From Corallochytrium limacisporum Hawaii (lineage: Eukaryota > Protista > Pluriformea), in the NCBI GenBank assembly GCA_002811645.1, contig PDIP01000021.1, positions 62,001-126,000 on the forward strand: a stretch of DNA of 64,000 bases. Direction: 5' to 3'. Both the position numbers and the translations under genes were made by a program. The notes under the pieces are model-generated. The model saw only the letters and a program-made list of their open reading frames with translations. It was not told the DNA's origin and made no database searches. Shown piece by piece: positions 33,223 to 44,272 of this stretch. How positions within the stretch are numbered: position 1 is the first letter of the stretch; each line of letters begins with the position of its first letter.

Positions 33223-34422
33223 ATGCGAAGGGTGACCAAAATCTTATTAGCACGGAAGACATACCGCACAATGTCAACTTGCGCAGCGCCGAACACCACG
33301 GAGTTGGTGATCTACACCCGTAGGGGGTCACCACTCGATATTATTCCTCAGATCTGGGAGAAGGAGATTATGAAACAGTCAGAGACGCCGTGCTACTGGA
33401 CTTTCTTTGCAAGTGACATTTTCATGTCCCTGCCATACAAACAGAAGAAGGGCAGCGGTGCAGTTTGGAAACATTTTAACAAACCAGACCGCGTCAAATC
33501 AGTGCTGCGCATTGAGGATTACATGCTCTGGGGATCATCCGCCGCGTATTTTGGTAAGGGACTGCAGGTCAGTACGTCTGCCGGAAAACGGGTTTTGCAG
33601 TACGAAGACTATTTCAAGTTGATTCGTGACACTATGCCCGACTATGCGGTCATCCCCGTGGATCCGACCTTGTTCGGGCGCTTGGGATCGAAGCGGGAGG
33701 AAACTGCTTCGGTAATCATGAAAAAGCTTAGAGAAGGGATCAAGGTAACTAAGCATACGGGCACAAAGCTCATTCTCTCTGTTGATGGCTTCAGCAAGGG
33801 CTGGCTGCAGGGAATAGAGAACAACAACTTGACGTCCACGGGCCAGGCTCTACGAAGCGATTTTGCGGAAGCCCTTGCGACTGCGGACGGATTTGCATCC
33901 GCACGGTGGTCTACAGCCAACAATGGACCGATTCATGACGCTTTGGAGCATATCGAAGGCAAAGGGATGAATCCCAAGGACAGACTGTTGTACATTGGAC
34001 CGACCCTTCAGGTGAGCGACATGGTCAATGCAGCTGCGAGCGGTAGGTACCATTTTGTGGAATGTTACATGGCAGAGACTGTGACCAATGGTGGATATGC
34101 CATCATTAATGATGAAGAAGCAAATAAGGGTTTGGATGCCATCATTACAGTGGACAGCACAAAGGTCAAGTATCCACAGGCACCTCAGTCGCTCCGGATG
34201 CTATGCCTCTGGGACACCAGATTCGTCGACGACACCGCAGCCACCGTCCCATCCTGCACCTGCTACTGCTGTCGAAACCACAGTCGAGCGTACCTCCATC
34301 ACCTGCTCATCACCCACGAGATGTTGGCGAAGACCCTGCTGAACATTCACAACCACCACGCCATGCAGGACCTACTTGTCCGCAGCTGCGCGAGATTACC
34401 GGCCGCGCGAACTAATAACTGA
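33223..34422 (+). CDS. QTRT2: Queuine tRNA-ribosyltransferase accessory subunit
   Basis: IYTRRGS, STSAGKR, CTCYCCRNHSRAYLHHLLITHEMLAKTLLNIHNHH; lacks the catalytic DSGGFQ of QTRT1; start may be the second ATG (MSTC). Confidence 0.82.
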   Translation: MRRVTKILLARKTYRTMSTCAAPNTTELVIYTRRGSPLDIIPQIWEKEIMKQSETPCYWTFFASDIFMSLPYKQKKGSGAVWKHFNKPDRVKSVLRIEDYMLWGSSAAYFGKGLQVSTSAGKRVLQYEDYFKLIRDTMPDYAVIPVDPTLFGRLGSKREETASVIMKKLREGIKVTKHTGTKLILSVDGFSKGWLQGIENNNLTSTGQALRSDFAEALATADGFASARWSTANNGPIHDALEHIEGKGMNPKDRLLYIGPTLQVSDMVNAAASGRYHFVECYMAETVTNGGYAIINDEEANKGLDAIITVDSTKVKYPQAPQSLRMLCLWDTRFVDDTAATVPSCTCYCCRNHSRAYLHHLLITHEMLAKTLLNIHNHHAMQDLLVRSCARLPAARTNN

Positions 34423-35041
34423 AACCTAATATCAATATAATAATTAACATGAATTAGGCGCCCTCGACCCTCTCCCGTACAGGTGGGAAGGGAAGTGGAA
34501 GCACAACGGTACACACACTGCAGTCTTTCGTGCACCCTGCGCGGGCGCGTTGAGTAGGGGGCCTCTCAGCGAGACCCACCCTCCCCCGCACAAGAGGAGA
34601 GGAGATTCTGAAATTCTTGCGGTGCAGGGACCACTGCTCCGGGGGCAATGGAGGTTTGGCCCCCCCCCCTTCCGGGGCTCCCCTCTCTCCCATTCCTGCA
34701 AGGGCGAGGGCTTTTGGCACATTTCCCCTCTCAAGGAGACGGTCTGCTGAAAGGCACCATCACGGTTGCTTTCGTCATCCGTTCTAGGCTGCAGTGCTTC
34801 ATTTGAATTGTTTGTTTCCTTTGCATCCCGTGTCACAATGAATTTGGATTTTCGTATGGTATTTCATAGATGGATTTGGTCAAAGGTTTGTCTAGTGGTA
34901 CAGTTGTGTGTACGCTGGCGACACCGGTTGTTTGGCATATCAACTGATTAGGCCCATACGAACACTTACGAGAGGATCCTGAAGACTATGTCCAAAATCG
35001 AAAAACCCTTTGCACATTGAAATAGACTGAAGAAACAAAAG

Positions 35042-36217
35042 ATGATTAGAGCGGCAGCGACATGCCGGCTCTGCTGCAGAGCCCTCCTTCGTCCAACGGT
35101 AGTGATCCAGCCAACCACCACGGCTGGGCCCATGATGCGCCCTCCTTGGTCATCTCGCCAGGGATTAAGGGCTATTCAGCGTCGATTCCAGTCCACAGAG
35201 TCCAGTGGAGAGACCAATAAGGGAATCGGTGGAACTGTCAAGGCCGGTCTGGCAGTGATTGGTATCCTTGGAATAATCCACTTTACTGAACGGTACGAAA
35301 CAGAAACATACGGCGAACCAGTGAGCCGGGTCACTATCCTCTATCGCATGCTTCCCTTGCGCATTGTAAGCAGACTGTGGGGTATGCTGAATGAGATCGA
35401 ACTGCCAGGATGGCTGCGAGGACCCATACTCGGTACCTATGCGAAGGTGTTCTCCGTTAACTTGGCTGAGGCAAAACACGAGACTGTGCAAGAGTTCAGA
35501 CACCTACAAGACATGTTCACGCGAGAGCTGAAGCCAGGCATGCGGCCCATCAATGATGCTGAATTGGTTAGTCCTGCAGATGGCAAGGTGCTGTACATAG
35601 GAAAAGTAGAAAATGGACGGATTGAACAGATCAAGGGAATGACTTACCCGATGCATGTGTTCCTCGGCGAGGACATGCGGAATTACAAATGCAAGGAGGG
35701 TAACGAACTCTTCCACTGCGTCATCTACCTCTCTCCGGGTGATTATCACCGCTTTCACAGTCCTGCAGAGTGGCAACCTGTTCAGCGTCGCCATTTCCCT
35801 GGGGACCTCTTGAGCGTGAACCCACTGGTCCTCCACTTCGTCGACGGGTTATTCAACTTTAATGAGCGTGTTGCTCTTGTGGGCCACTGGCCACACGGAT
35901 TCTTCAGCTTGACGGCCGTTGGTGCTACCAATGTCGGATCAATTGTGATGTGCAACGACAGTGACCTTGTTACCAATGTTGGCTTCCGGCGATCACTCCC
36001 CAAGGTTATCTCAAAGGACATGCCGGACCACAAGGGCTTCGACAAGGGTTCGGAAGTAGGCATGTTCAAGCTCGGATCTTCCATAGCGCTGATTTTTGAG
36101 GCCCCGAAGGAGTTTGAGTTCGTAGTACAGCCAAGCCATGTCGTGCGCGTCGGACAGCGCATTGGTCAGGTTGAGAATGCCAGCAGCGGTGGTAAGTCAT
36201 GGTACAAGATTTGGTAA
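35042..36217 (+). CDS. PISD: Mitochondrial phosphatidylserine decarboxylase
   Basis: Transit peptide, FTRELKPGMRPI, SPADG, YLSPGDYHRFHSP, VGATNVGSI, FKLGSS autocleavage site. Confidence 0.95.
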   Translation: MIRAAATCRLCCRALLRPTVVIQPTTTAGPMMRPPWSSRQGLRAIQRRFQSTESSGETNKGIGGTVKAGLAVIGILGIIHFTERYETETYGEPVSRVTILYRMLPLRIVSRLWGMLNEIELPGWLRGPILGTYAKVFSVNLAEAKHETVQEFRHLQDMFTRELKPGMRPINDAELVSPADGKVLYIGKVENGRIEQIKGMTYPMHVFLGEDMRNYKCKEGNELFHCVIYLSPGDYHRFHSPAEWQPVQRRHFPGDLLSVNPLVLHFVDGLFNFNERVALVGHWPHGFFSLTAVGATNVGSIVMCNDSDLVTNVGFRRSLPKVISKDMPDHKGFDKGSEVGMFKLGSSIALIFEAPKEFEFVVQPSHVVRVGQRIGQVENASSGGKSWYKIW

Positions 36218-36287
36218 GACTTGGCAATCGTAACTATTCTATTCCAAATTAACGATGCATAAATGTGCTGAAGAATAAATCTCTTTT

Positions 36288-38573
36288 TCATTTTGATGCA
36301 TCCTTTTCTCTTCTGCGGGCTAAAGCTTCTCGTTCGAGCGCTTCGATGCCGGCAAAGCCGATCCTCCGATACTCTGCTTCAGATGTGCGGTGGTGAGTCT
36401 GCACAAGATCCTTCTGCATGGTCCGCACACGGTCAATGACGGTTCCTTGCTGCTCCCACAAATCAGCACTGAGGGCATGGTGATTCCGCAATTCTTCCCT
36501 AAGACGTTCACGGAGCACAGCAGTCGATTCGACCTGTGGAGGCTGCCATTGCGTTTTCCAAAAGTCATCCCACCGGTGTTCAGTGGCCGCACGGTGGTCG
36601 TCACCAAGTACCTCTTCAGCCTCGGTCTTGACTAAGGCTTGTGCGGAGAGGAGGTCGTCCCCAGTGAGATCAGCGTCCTGGGTCTTACGCAGCCGTCGAT
36701 TACCCGCAAGGTCGGCACGGAGGAGCGCCAGTGCCTGTCTTTGGACAACCGCCTGGACGGAGTTGCCTTGGGATTCATTTTCCACAAGAGACTCGATATA
36801 CGCAGTATCGATAACCTTTGGCAGGGGCAGATCGCGCTGAATGGCACTACTCACTTTCAGAGCTTGCTTGGCCACCATGATCTCCCTGGCCTGTTCCATA
36901 GCGCGATCTTCCAGTTCCTTGTCAATGTCATTAGAAAGTACAGAAGTCGGCACTGTATCCTCGTCCGGACCAAGAATCCGGTCTCCATCGGCACTGAGCT
37001 CAACCTCGGGCAGTTGCAACTGCACATCGCCCCGCGGTTCCGGCAACTGGGCCAACCCGTCGGATACCTGCTTCCGTACAGCTTCAAGGTCCAGGTCAGC
37101 TAATTCGTGATGGTTCAGCTGCAGGGGGTCACGTACCATAAAGCGATCCCGAACAGCAAATTTAACCGAGGTCAGGCGTGGTTGTACAGTCAGAAAAGAA
37201 CCATCAGCAGTCTGATCTCCCCTACCTGCTGCACCTTGGTTCTGGTCAGATTCACTTGTCTGCTTCATGTCACCTTTTCGGTTGCCAATTTTGAGTACAC
37301 TGCGAGCCATGGCCTCCTGGTTAATGATCCCAGCTTGCTGCAGCATGCGATCTTGATGAGATCCGCCGTGGTCGGAAAGAATTCGTAATTTTCGCAAATC
37401 TTCTGGCCAGCGCTGCAATGTGAATTGCTTTACCAAGCCGTCAGTGGCAATATTTTCACCGTAGCCAATCACTTCAAAGATTTGTTCCTGGCGTTTCATG
37501 AGTTTCCGCACCTGGCGAGCATAGTCAACGTCACATTGTGGTGGCGGCAAGTCCAAAGGAGCCCGATGAGAGATTCGGGCCTGTTCTTTCTTTGCAAGCG
37601 CCACCTCCTTAGCAATTGCAGCCCGTTGTTCCTTGGCCTCTTCTTGCTGTCGATGTCTTTCTTCGTTATCGTATTTGCTCCTTTTCCGCTTGTCTCGCTC
37701 CCGCAACTGACGCTCTTTCATGCGTTTTAATTCGGCTGCGGAATTCTCAAGCTGCTCAATATCCAGTGGTCCCGCACTGGCGTCAATTGTCTCCGCTTCC
37801 TCTCCGGTGGTATCGTAGAATCCAGGCACTGGAGCATGCTCAAATGGTACTTCTTCACTGAGATCCAGCCTGAGGATTCCTTTCCACTTATTCCTACGCG
37901 AAGGTAAGTGCCCAGTGGACTTGATCTTTAGCACACCAGCGGCCTTCAGTTCCCGTTTTCTTTGAATCGTGGCCATGCGCTTGACTTCGCCCAAAACTTT
38001 CTGGCGGGCCTTACGCTGCTCCTTTTTGGACTGGGTCTTTGCCAGGCGCACCCTGGTTTCCGCCAGCATTTCCTTTTCCTGGTCGTCCATGTCCATCGCG
38101 TCTGGCCTGGCCGGCTTAGTGTGGGCAGTGGGATCCAATTCACCTCGCCGCGGTTGCTTCATTTTTCTCTGTTGCTCGAGTTTCAGGGCAGATTGTTCTG
38201 AAAGGCTCGATCCACCGCCAATCTGAGCCTCCGCAGAAGTACCTGCGGCGGCAGCCCGTTCCAACAGTTCTTCATAGTGTGTAATGCATTGCTGTGCAGT
38301 CCGTCCGACGTAGTCACAGATGGTCCGCCACTGCGAGGGAAATAGACGAGCATAACGCAAGAGCTTTGACTCTTCTTCCTGTGTCCATTCGTCCTTTTTG
38401 ATACGTGGGTCCAGCCACTCGGTCCACCGTGCCTTGCACTGTATCGCTGTCTTCGTCTTGATCAAGCTAGATATTCGGTTCCATTCGTGGGTGCCATATT
38501 TCATAACCGCAGCCTTCAGCACTTCATCTTCACTGTTTTTCCAGGCACCGCCCTTTATGAACACGCGCGGCAT
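36288..38573 (-). CDS. CDC5L: CDC5L/Cef1 (Prp19 complex Myb protein)
   Basis: MPRVFIKGGAWKNSEDEVLKAAVMKYG, two Myb repeats, KPARPDAMDMD, PFEHAPVPGFYDT. Confidence 0.94.
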   Translation of the reverse strand: MPRVFIKGGAWKNSEDEVLKAAVMKYGTHEWNRISSLIKTKTAIQCKARWTEWLDPRIKKDEWTQEEESKLLRYARLFPSQWRTICDYVGRTAQQCITHYEELLERAAAAGTSAEAQIGGGSSLSEQSALKLEQQRKMKQPRRGELDPTAHTKPARPDAMDMDDQEKEMLAETRVRLAKTQSKKEQRKARQKVLGEVKRMATIQRKRELKAAGVLKIKSTGHLPSRRNKWKGILRLDLSEEVPFEHAPVPGFYDTTGEEAETIDASAGPLDIEQLENSAAELKRMKERQLRERDKRKRSKYDNEERHRQQEEAKEQRAAIAKEVALAKKEQARISHRAPLDLPPPQCDVDYARQVRKLMKRQEQIFEVIGYGENIATDGLVKQFTLQRWPEDLRKLRILSDHGGSHQDRMLQQAGIINQEAMARSVLKIGNRKGDMKQTSESDQNQGAAGRGDQTADGSFLTVQPRLTSVKFAVRDRFMVRDPLQLNHHELADLDLEAVRKQVSDGLAQLPEPRGDVQLQLPEVELSADGDRILGPDEDTVPTSVLSNDIDKELEDRAMEQAREIMVAKQALKVSSAIQRDLPLPKVIDTAYIESLVENESQGNSVQAVVQRQALALLRADLAGNRRLRKTQDADLTGDDLLSAQALVKTEAEEVLGDDHRAATEHRWDDFWKTQWQPPQVESTAVLRERLREELRNHHALSADLWEQQGTVIDRVRTMQKDLVQTHHRTSEAEYRRIGFAGIEALEREALARRREKDASK

Positions 38574-39121
38574 TGTGGGATTATATATTCCAAGATCCAA
38601 TGTAGGCTGTCCTTAGTTCCTATGGCTCTATGTAGCCGTCAACCGAGATCTGAACAACATTTCGTATTGCTGTATTCATTTCTGTTCTCCTGATTGACTC
38701 ATGTCATCTATTAGCCATTCATGTTATGAGGCTAACGATAACCGCAGACTGTATTCTTCTGAAGTACCTCTGACACTGTGCTGCGTTTAACGGTCCCGTT
38801 CCGGAATTGTCGCGCGCCGGAGCGGGTCGCTTGGGTTCGCAACAAACCCCGACCCCCCTGCCGACCCTTCCCCCACCAACGGGCACGAGGAAGGAGCACT
38901 CGGGCGGATCACGGACGGGCTGATCACTCGAAACTTAAGAGACGATTTCGACAGTGTAAGGTTGATCAGAGCAGTGATTCCGAGAGGTATCAAAGTCATT
39001 AAGGGAATTTTAGTATTCGGATTCCGTTAGTATGACAGACAAATAAAATTGGGAGAGGCTTGATTCTATTGCAATATGTGGAAATGCTGCATACACAAAG
39101 GTCTGCTAAGGAAGTAACGAA

Positions 39122-39544
39122 ATGATGGAAGTAGCTCAAGTGCGGCGGAGTCTCCTGTCATTGTACCGTCGGACCTTGCGCCAGGCAGAACTGCTTACCA
39201 CTAAGGAAGCAGATATACACATCCCGGCCCTGAGACAGTTCTACAGATCGAATTGGGCGACCCTCGACATGGAAGGTGAACTGGGCGAGATTGCTTTGGC
39301 TGATTTCAGGAAAGGCGCAGAGAGTCGGCTGAGCTTCATTGAAATGAAGACGCCGCGCAGACAGGGCAACATGACCGCTTATCGATCAAAAGTATTTGAC
39401 AAGAAGTCAGGTAGGGTCGTGGATGGCTATGCGGACATGGACGATAAGGCACGACACACTCAGTTCACAGGGTCGAACGTCGATCCAGTGGCTTTGAAAC
39501 GGCATTGGAAGCTTTTCGAAAGGCAGGTTAAGGCCGGGCTCTGA
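39122..39544 (+). CDS. LYR-motif mitochondrial protein
   Basis: LLSLYRRTLRQA motif; C-terminal GSNVDPVALKRH. Confidence 0.65.
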   Translation: MMEVAQVRRSLLSLYRRTLRQAELLTTKEADIHIPALRQFYRSNWATLDMEGELGEIALADFRKGAESRLSFIEMKTPRRQGNMTAYRSKVFDKKSGRVVDGYADMDDKARHTQFTGSNVDPVALKRHWKLFERQVKAGL

Positions 39545-39617
39545 CAAGTTTACATGTAAACAATTCTAGATAGGGTTCTTTAAATACCAAAATTAGTTTC
39601 TAGCTATACATAAATGA

Positions 39618-42476
39618 TCAGCTCTTGATCATGACTTCACTACGGTAAGTGCCGAAGAGCTCAATCGTTGAGCAATGGATCGCAAACGAGCCGTCGTTAT
39701 TGGGTCCCAGGAGACGGACACGAAACATTCGAAAATAAGCTGCAGGTTGCGTCGCACCTAGAGACAAGGGAGATCCGGGCGAGCCTCCAGAACTGGGTGC
39801 CTTCATCGCGAGAGTTGCGTGTGTACGGAATACTACGGTCTGGCCGGCGTAGTTGACGCTCTCATCGTCACGATGTTCTCTCATAAGGGTCCATTCTTGC
39901 CCATCATTGGATGCCTCAAAGCACCAATGACGAAGGAATCCAGCGTTTTCAGAATCATGGCGCAGGGCATAGTGTGTGACATTGGCGCTACACTTTGGTC
40001 CGAGATCCAATGTAACAGCGGCCGTTCGCCCAGGCAGGGCGTTCCGGACCCGCGCATTCTTTGATACGAAGTTTGCGGCCTTCACAAAGGGTCCCTCTGG
40101 TGCTGTCAGTTTCACGGTGACCCGGCCGTGATTGTGCGGATCGATCCAGTCGCTAGTGTTAAGATTCGTCGCAAGAGCGTACACTATGCCATTCAAAGTA
40201 TCGTTGGTGGTGATCTTTGTACCAGGTGCGGGTGGGGCGCGGACTATGGTTTTACCATCATTCGCCGCTGGTCGATCCTGACGAGCAAATGTTCGAAGTC
40301 GACTACGCATGTGCCCTCCAGCGGCGGGTGGCTTAAGTTCAATACGCTGACCGGTGAATGTTGGTGGTCTAGTACCTCGCACCTCACTCAAGAGATCCTC
40401 GTCGCTAGTATTCATAGTATTTGGAGTTGAGGAGGGTGCTGCTTGCATTGCCTGAACCGCATTACCGTGAGTATCCATGACCGCAAGACTGATTGGGCTC
40501 ACAGCGAGTGCTGTGGGGCTCGAGCTCAGCTGCCCACGAGCTCTTGCTGCCGCACGTTCCGCAATAACCCCTTGTGCCTCCAATATGAATTCTCTCTCTA
40601 CCTCATAAATGTTACGGTCTAGTAGATGTTTTTCCAGTTTCGTCATCGACATGGATGGAAAACGGATGCAACTGAGAAGAGCTGTGATCTTGTCACTTTC
40701 ATCTCGTTCAAAATCTGGGTTCTGTGCTTTCAGCCATAGCATAACACTATCGTATAAGGCATTCTCATCCACTACAGCAAGGTCATCGTACTTGATTACA
40801 TTCAAGAGCTCCTTGTAACCAAGTTCTTTGAATGCCTCTTCTAAACTCACGTCCTGGAAATTGTTCTTCAAGTATAGCATTGCTCTTGAATACAAAACAG
40901 GGCACCTCAGTCTCTTTGCCCATGCAAGGACCCCAGTTACTGTCTTTGTGTTCAATAGCTTCGTAGCGATGTACTCTGAGACCAGACCACGCATCCGCAT
41001 CATCAGATACTTGTCCGTTAGTCGCAGACAGGAGAGGGCAGTTTCAATATCGGGGATATTGTTGACTACCTTAACATCCAAACTTGAGTACAAGATTCGC
41101 AGGAACACTTCGATCACATCGCCTGTGGCTTCGCTCACATTCATTTCCTGCTCCTTGGCCTCGATCATATCTCCAGACATCATGGCGTGAACGACGCTAC
41201 TCTCATTCGCAAACACTGCACGATGGGCACCAATGCACTCATTGTGGGCAGTTATAACCATATCTGTCGGAAACACTTCCATTACTTTCAAGTGACGATC
41301 CAGGGATTTCCAATTTGTCGATAAGCGATATCTACGCATATTTCCACCACCATAGACAGTCGTGATGTTGAATGTAGGCCTATCAGGAGTGCTCATCGGA
41401 AACCTCCAGGACTTGAAGCTTCGCAGAGCCGTAGCATCATGACTTACCACCCCGTTGCGAGCTGCTCCCTGTCGGGAAACAGCCAGCAATTCTTTGAGCC
41501 CACCCGCCAAGGAAGTCATTCCAAACATTTGGGCGCATTCCATGCAAGGTTCTATTTCCTCCTGGCTGAGGTCCATGCGTTGATCTCCGTAAATGTAGGC
41601 TAGTACATGCCCAATGATGTTCTTCTTAACCGGAAGCTGGGGTATCTTTGCATACGTATTGCTACCTGACTGTCGGCGTTTATGTCCCATTCTCCGCCCA
41701 CGATCGATATCTTTCGCCTCATAATACAACTGGATTTTCTCATGAACTAGGTCGATCCACTTCGTTACAAAGTCTTCTGCTTTGTTCACATCTATCAGCT
41801 CATCAATGTACGGATACAGAATCGCACTGTGTAGCGGAATGTCATCAGTCCAAGTACCTTTTGCACTACTATCAATTACTTTGATACTCAGGTCCGCGAA
41901 GTCCCGTGATCCCAGGAGGAATGCTGTGGAAAGTTCTGTTGAGTCATATCCCGAGAAATTTCCAAAGGCTGGTAAATGTGATGTCTCATTCAAGTACAGG
42001 GTTGTGGGTACTGATCCTGCAAGACACACAGAGTCCAAGCGAATGTCCTCCTTCCATACACCAAATGCCACGCTGTCAATTCCTTGGATAGGTGTTACAT
42101 CACGCCACTCCATGATAATGTGCGCTCCTAATTCACCTTTGCCGACACTGATACATCCCCGCCAGTACTGCACCCAGAACCAAGTTCCGTCACCAAACTC
42201 ACTGTCCAATTTGGCATCAGCATCAAAGGCAGAATCAACAATAACAACCTCTGCATCATTTTTTCTGATGGCACTCTTTGTATTCTTCCATCCACCTAAC
42301 AGGATTTCATACGGCGCTGCTTCTGACGGTGATGCAGAAGAATAGAAATAGATCTTGATATTGGCCCGAGCGGTTGCGCAGAAAATAATGGACCCGCCCG
42401 ACTTCTCATTGATTTGTCCTGCAACGGGATAACGGCGATCCTGGACAGTACCGTTTAGAACAAATGAACAGAACAT
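39618..42476 (-). CDS. Farnesoic-acid-methyltransferase-like domain + 2 BTB + BACK + galactose-binding/F5-8-like domain
   Basis: YEILLGGWKNTKSAIRK..FWV..GCISVGKG; AHRAVFANESSVVHAMMSGDMIE; DDLAVVDENALYDSVMLW; NGIVYALAT, THYALRHD..LRHWCFEASNDGQEW..LREH. Confidence 0.8.
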   Translation of the reverse strand: MFCSFVLNGTVQDRRYPVAGQINEKSGGSIIFCATARANIKIYFYSSASPSEAAPYEILLGGWKNTKSAIRKNDAEVVIVDSAFDADAKLDSEFGDGTWFWVQYWRGCISVGKGELGAHIIMEWRDVTPIQGIDSVAFGVWKEDIRLDSVCLAGSVPTTLYLNETSHLPAFGNFSGYDSTELSTAFLLGSRDFADLSIKVIDSSAKGTWTDDIPLHSAILYPYIDELIDVNKAEDFVTKWIDLVHEKIQLYYEAKDIDRGRRMGHKRRQSGSNTYAKIPQLPVKKNIIGHVLAYIYGDQRMDLSQEEIEPCMECAQMFGMTSLAGGLKELLAVSRQGAARNGVVSHDATALRSFKSWRFPMSTPDRPTFNITTVYGGGNMRRYRLSTNWKSLDRHLKVMEVFPTDMVITAHNECIGAHRAVFANESSVVHAMMSGDMIEAKEQEMNVSEATGDVIEVFLRILYSSLDVKVVNNIPDIETALSCLRLTDKYLMMRMRGLVSEYIATKLLNTKTVTGVLAWAKRLRCPVLYSRAMLYLKNNFQDVSLEEAFKELGYKELLNVIKYDDLAVVDENALYDSVMLWLKAQNPDFERDESDKITALLSCIRFPSMSMTKLEKHLLDRNIYEVEREFILEAQGVIAERAAARARGQLSSSPTALAVSPISLAVMDTHGNAVQAMQAAPSSTPNTMNTSDEDLLSEVRGTRPPTFTGQRIELKPPAAGGHMRSRLRTFARQDRPAANDGKTIVRAPPAPGTKITTNDTLNGIVYALATNLNTSDWIDPHNHGRVTVKLTAPEGPFVKAANFVSKNARVRNALPGRTAAVTLDLGPKCSANVTHYALRHDSENAGFLRHWCFEASNDGQEWTLMREHRDDESVNYAGQTVVFRTHATLAMKAPSSGGSPGSPLSLGATQPAAYFRMFRVRLLGPNNDGSFAIHCSTIELFGTYRSEVMIKS

Positions 42477-43184
42477 AGCGTGACTATACGAAAGGTCCTA
42501 TCGGATCCTCCTTCACAGAGTACTTAGCACTTGCATCGGAACCCTCCCTCACGTGGGTAGCAACACGACCGCACCCCAAGTTCCCAAGTGCTGTCGGCAT
42601 ACGATTCTACCTGCAGAGAACACTGTTAAGACCAGAGGACAGTATCCTTTCCTATACAACACTTCTGCGCAGACTACGCAGTGATGGCGCCAACGCGCAA
42701 CCCCTGAAATAGCCGAATAGAGGTAAGGAGAGCCTCCCCTGCCAGTGGCAAATTCCCTCAGGCCTCTCTCCCTTCGTACAAAAACGGCCGGCTGCTCGCT
42801 ACCACCGGTGGTTCTGCGGATTGGCTGGAAACGGCGCGGCGGTTCGGAAGGGGGGACCTTGCGAAGACTCGGGTTGGGTCGCCCCTTCCCCCCTCCAAGC
42901 TTTTGTCCCGGTCTCACTGTCCCTCCCTGCCCTTTTGGCATGGGCGGGGACACGAGCTCGCCCGGGACGAGGGGGCCGCAACCGGGACAAAAGCCACTGT
43001 CACATGACCACCTCTGCCTTCGAGGATTAGGGCTTGCTATTTACAGCGACCTATTTGGAGCTGATAGTTCACAAGATTTGGGAACAGATGCCATTATATG
43101 CTTATGATCACATTCTGGATCTTGAGGGAGGATGGCGGCGAGCTCTCGGAACTTGTCATAGAATTTCTATCGGTGGTTTGAGCG

Positions 43185-44240
43185 ATGGGAGACCCACCAA
43201 CACCACCACCTGCTGTAAACAATGGGCCAGAAGTGCCATCCTTGTCGTCGATCTTGAAGACTGCAAAGAAAACAGAGCGTCTGCCGTCAGTAGCCAAGAC
43301 AAATGACGATGCCACGCAGTGTAAGAGATCTGCCGTCCGAATGGGTTATTACAACGATCCTTTCATTGCTGAGTTTTGTGCACAAGCACCACGACGGGAA
43401 CCATTGATCCATCGCGGTTATACCATTCGGGTGCTTGCCATCGAAAAATTAACAGCTGGGTTCATAAAAATGAATCCAGGCTGTCAAATTGTAAATTTAG
43501 GGGCAGGGTACGACACATTATACTGGCGGCTAAAGCGAAGGCAGGACCTTGACTTCAGCAATTTTGTGGAAGTTGACTTTGCTCCACTGATTAAGCAAAA
43601 AGCAGAGCTTATTCGCAAAAGTGGATTGTTGACCTCAGAAGTAGGGGAGCTGCAGCAGGTTGGAGATTGTATTCTGAAGGGCAGTGGTGATCCTAAGCGG
43701 TCCTATGCGCTTGTTGGCGGCGACTTGAACAACTGGGAGATTCTAGTAGAGAAACTCAAGGCTGTTGGCTACGACCGAACAAGGACAACGTTGTTCCTTG
43801 CCGAGTGTGTATTTGCGTATATTCAGTACGACAAGTGGCAGACCCTGCTTCACGGTATGGCAGATGAAAGCGGATCATGTAGCGGAGTTGTCAACTATGA
43901 ACCCATTCCAGGATCCGGGGCATTTGGACGAGTGATGCGAGATCACACCGACTCACGGGGATGCTCCATTCTCGGTACCAACAGTTTTGAAGACTACAAG
44001 GATCATCTTGCATTCTACAAGCAGAACAACTGGGGACATGCATACGGCGTGGATCTGGTGAAAGTGGAGCACATGGTTCTGACTGCGGATCATCGCCAGC
44101 ACCTGGCGCAACTCGAGCCCCTTGATGAGTTGGAAGAGTGGCATTTAGTTCTGAGTCACTACTCTTTGGTGTGGAGCATGAAGACCACTTCAAATACGGG
44201 CACATCACCAGAACATCCCCCTTGGAATATGGAAAATTAA
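43185..44240 (+). CDS. LCMT1: Leucine carboxyl methyltransferase 1
   Basis: TNDDATQCKRSAVRMGYYNDPF, PLIHRGY, QIVNLGAGYDT, EVDF, LAECVFAY, LEPLDELEEWHLVLSHY. Confidence 0.94.
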   Translation: MGDPPTPPPAVNNGPEVPSLSSILKTAKKTERLPSVAKTNDDATQCKRSAVRMGYYNDPFIAEFCAQAPRREPLIHRGYTIRVLAIEKLTAGFIKMNPGCQIVNLGAGYDTLYWRLKRRQDLDFSNFVEVDFAPLIKQKAELIRKSGLLTSEVGELQQVGDCILKGSGDPKRSYALVGGDLNNWEILVEKLKAVGYDRTRTTLFLAECVFAYIQYDKWQTLLHGMADESGSCSGVVNYEPIPGSGAFGRVMRDHTDSRGCSILGTNSFEDYKDHLAFYKQNNWGHAYGVDLVKVEHMVLTADHRQHLAQLEPLDELEEWHLVLSHYSLVWSMKTTSNTGTSPEHPPWNMEN

Positions 44241-44272
44241 TGTTTGAATATATTTTCTTTGATTTCGACAGT

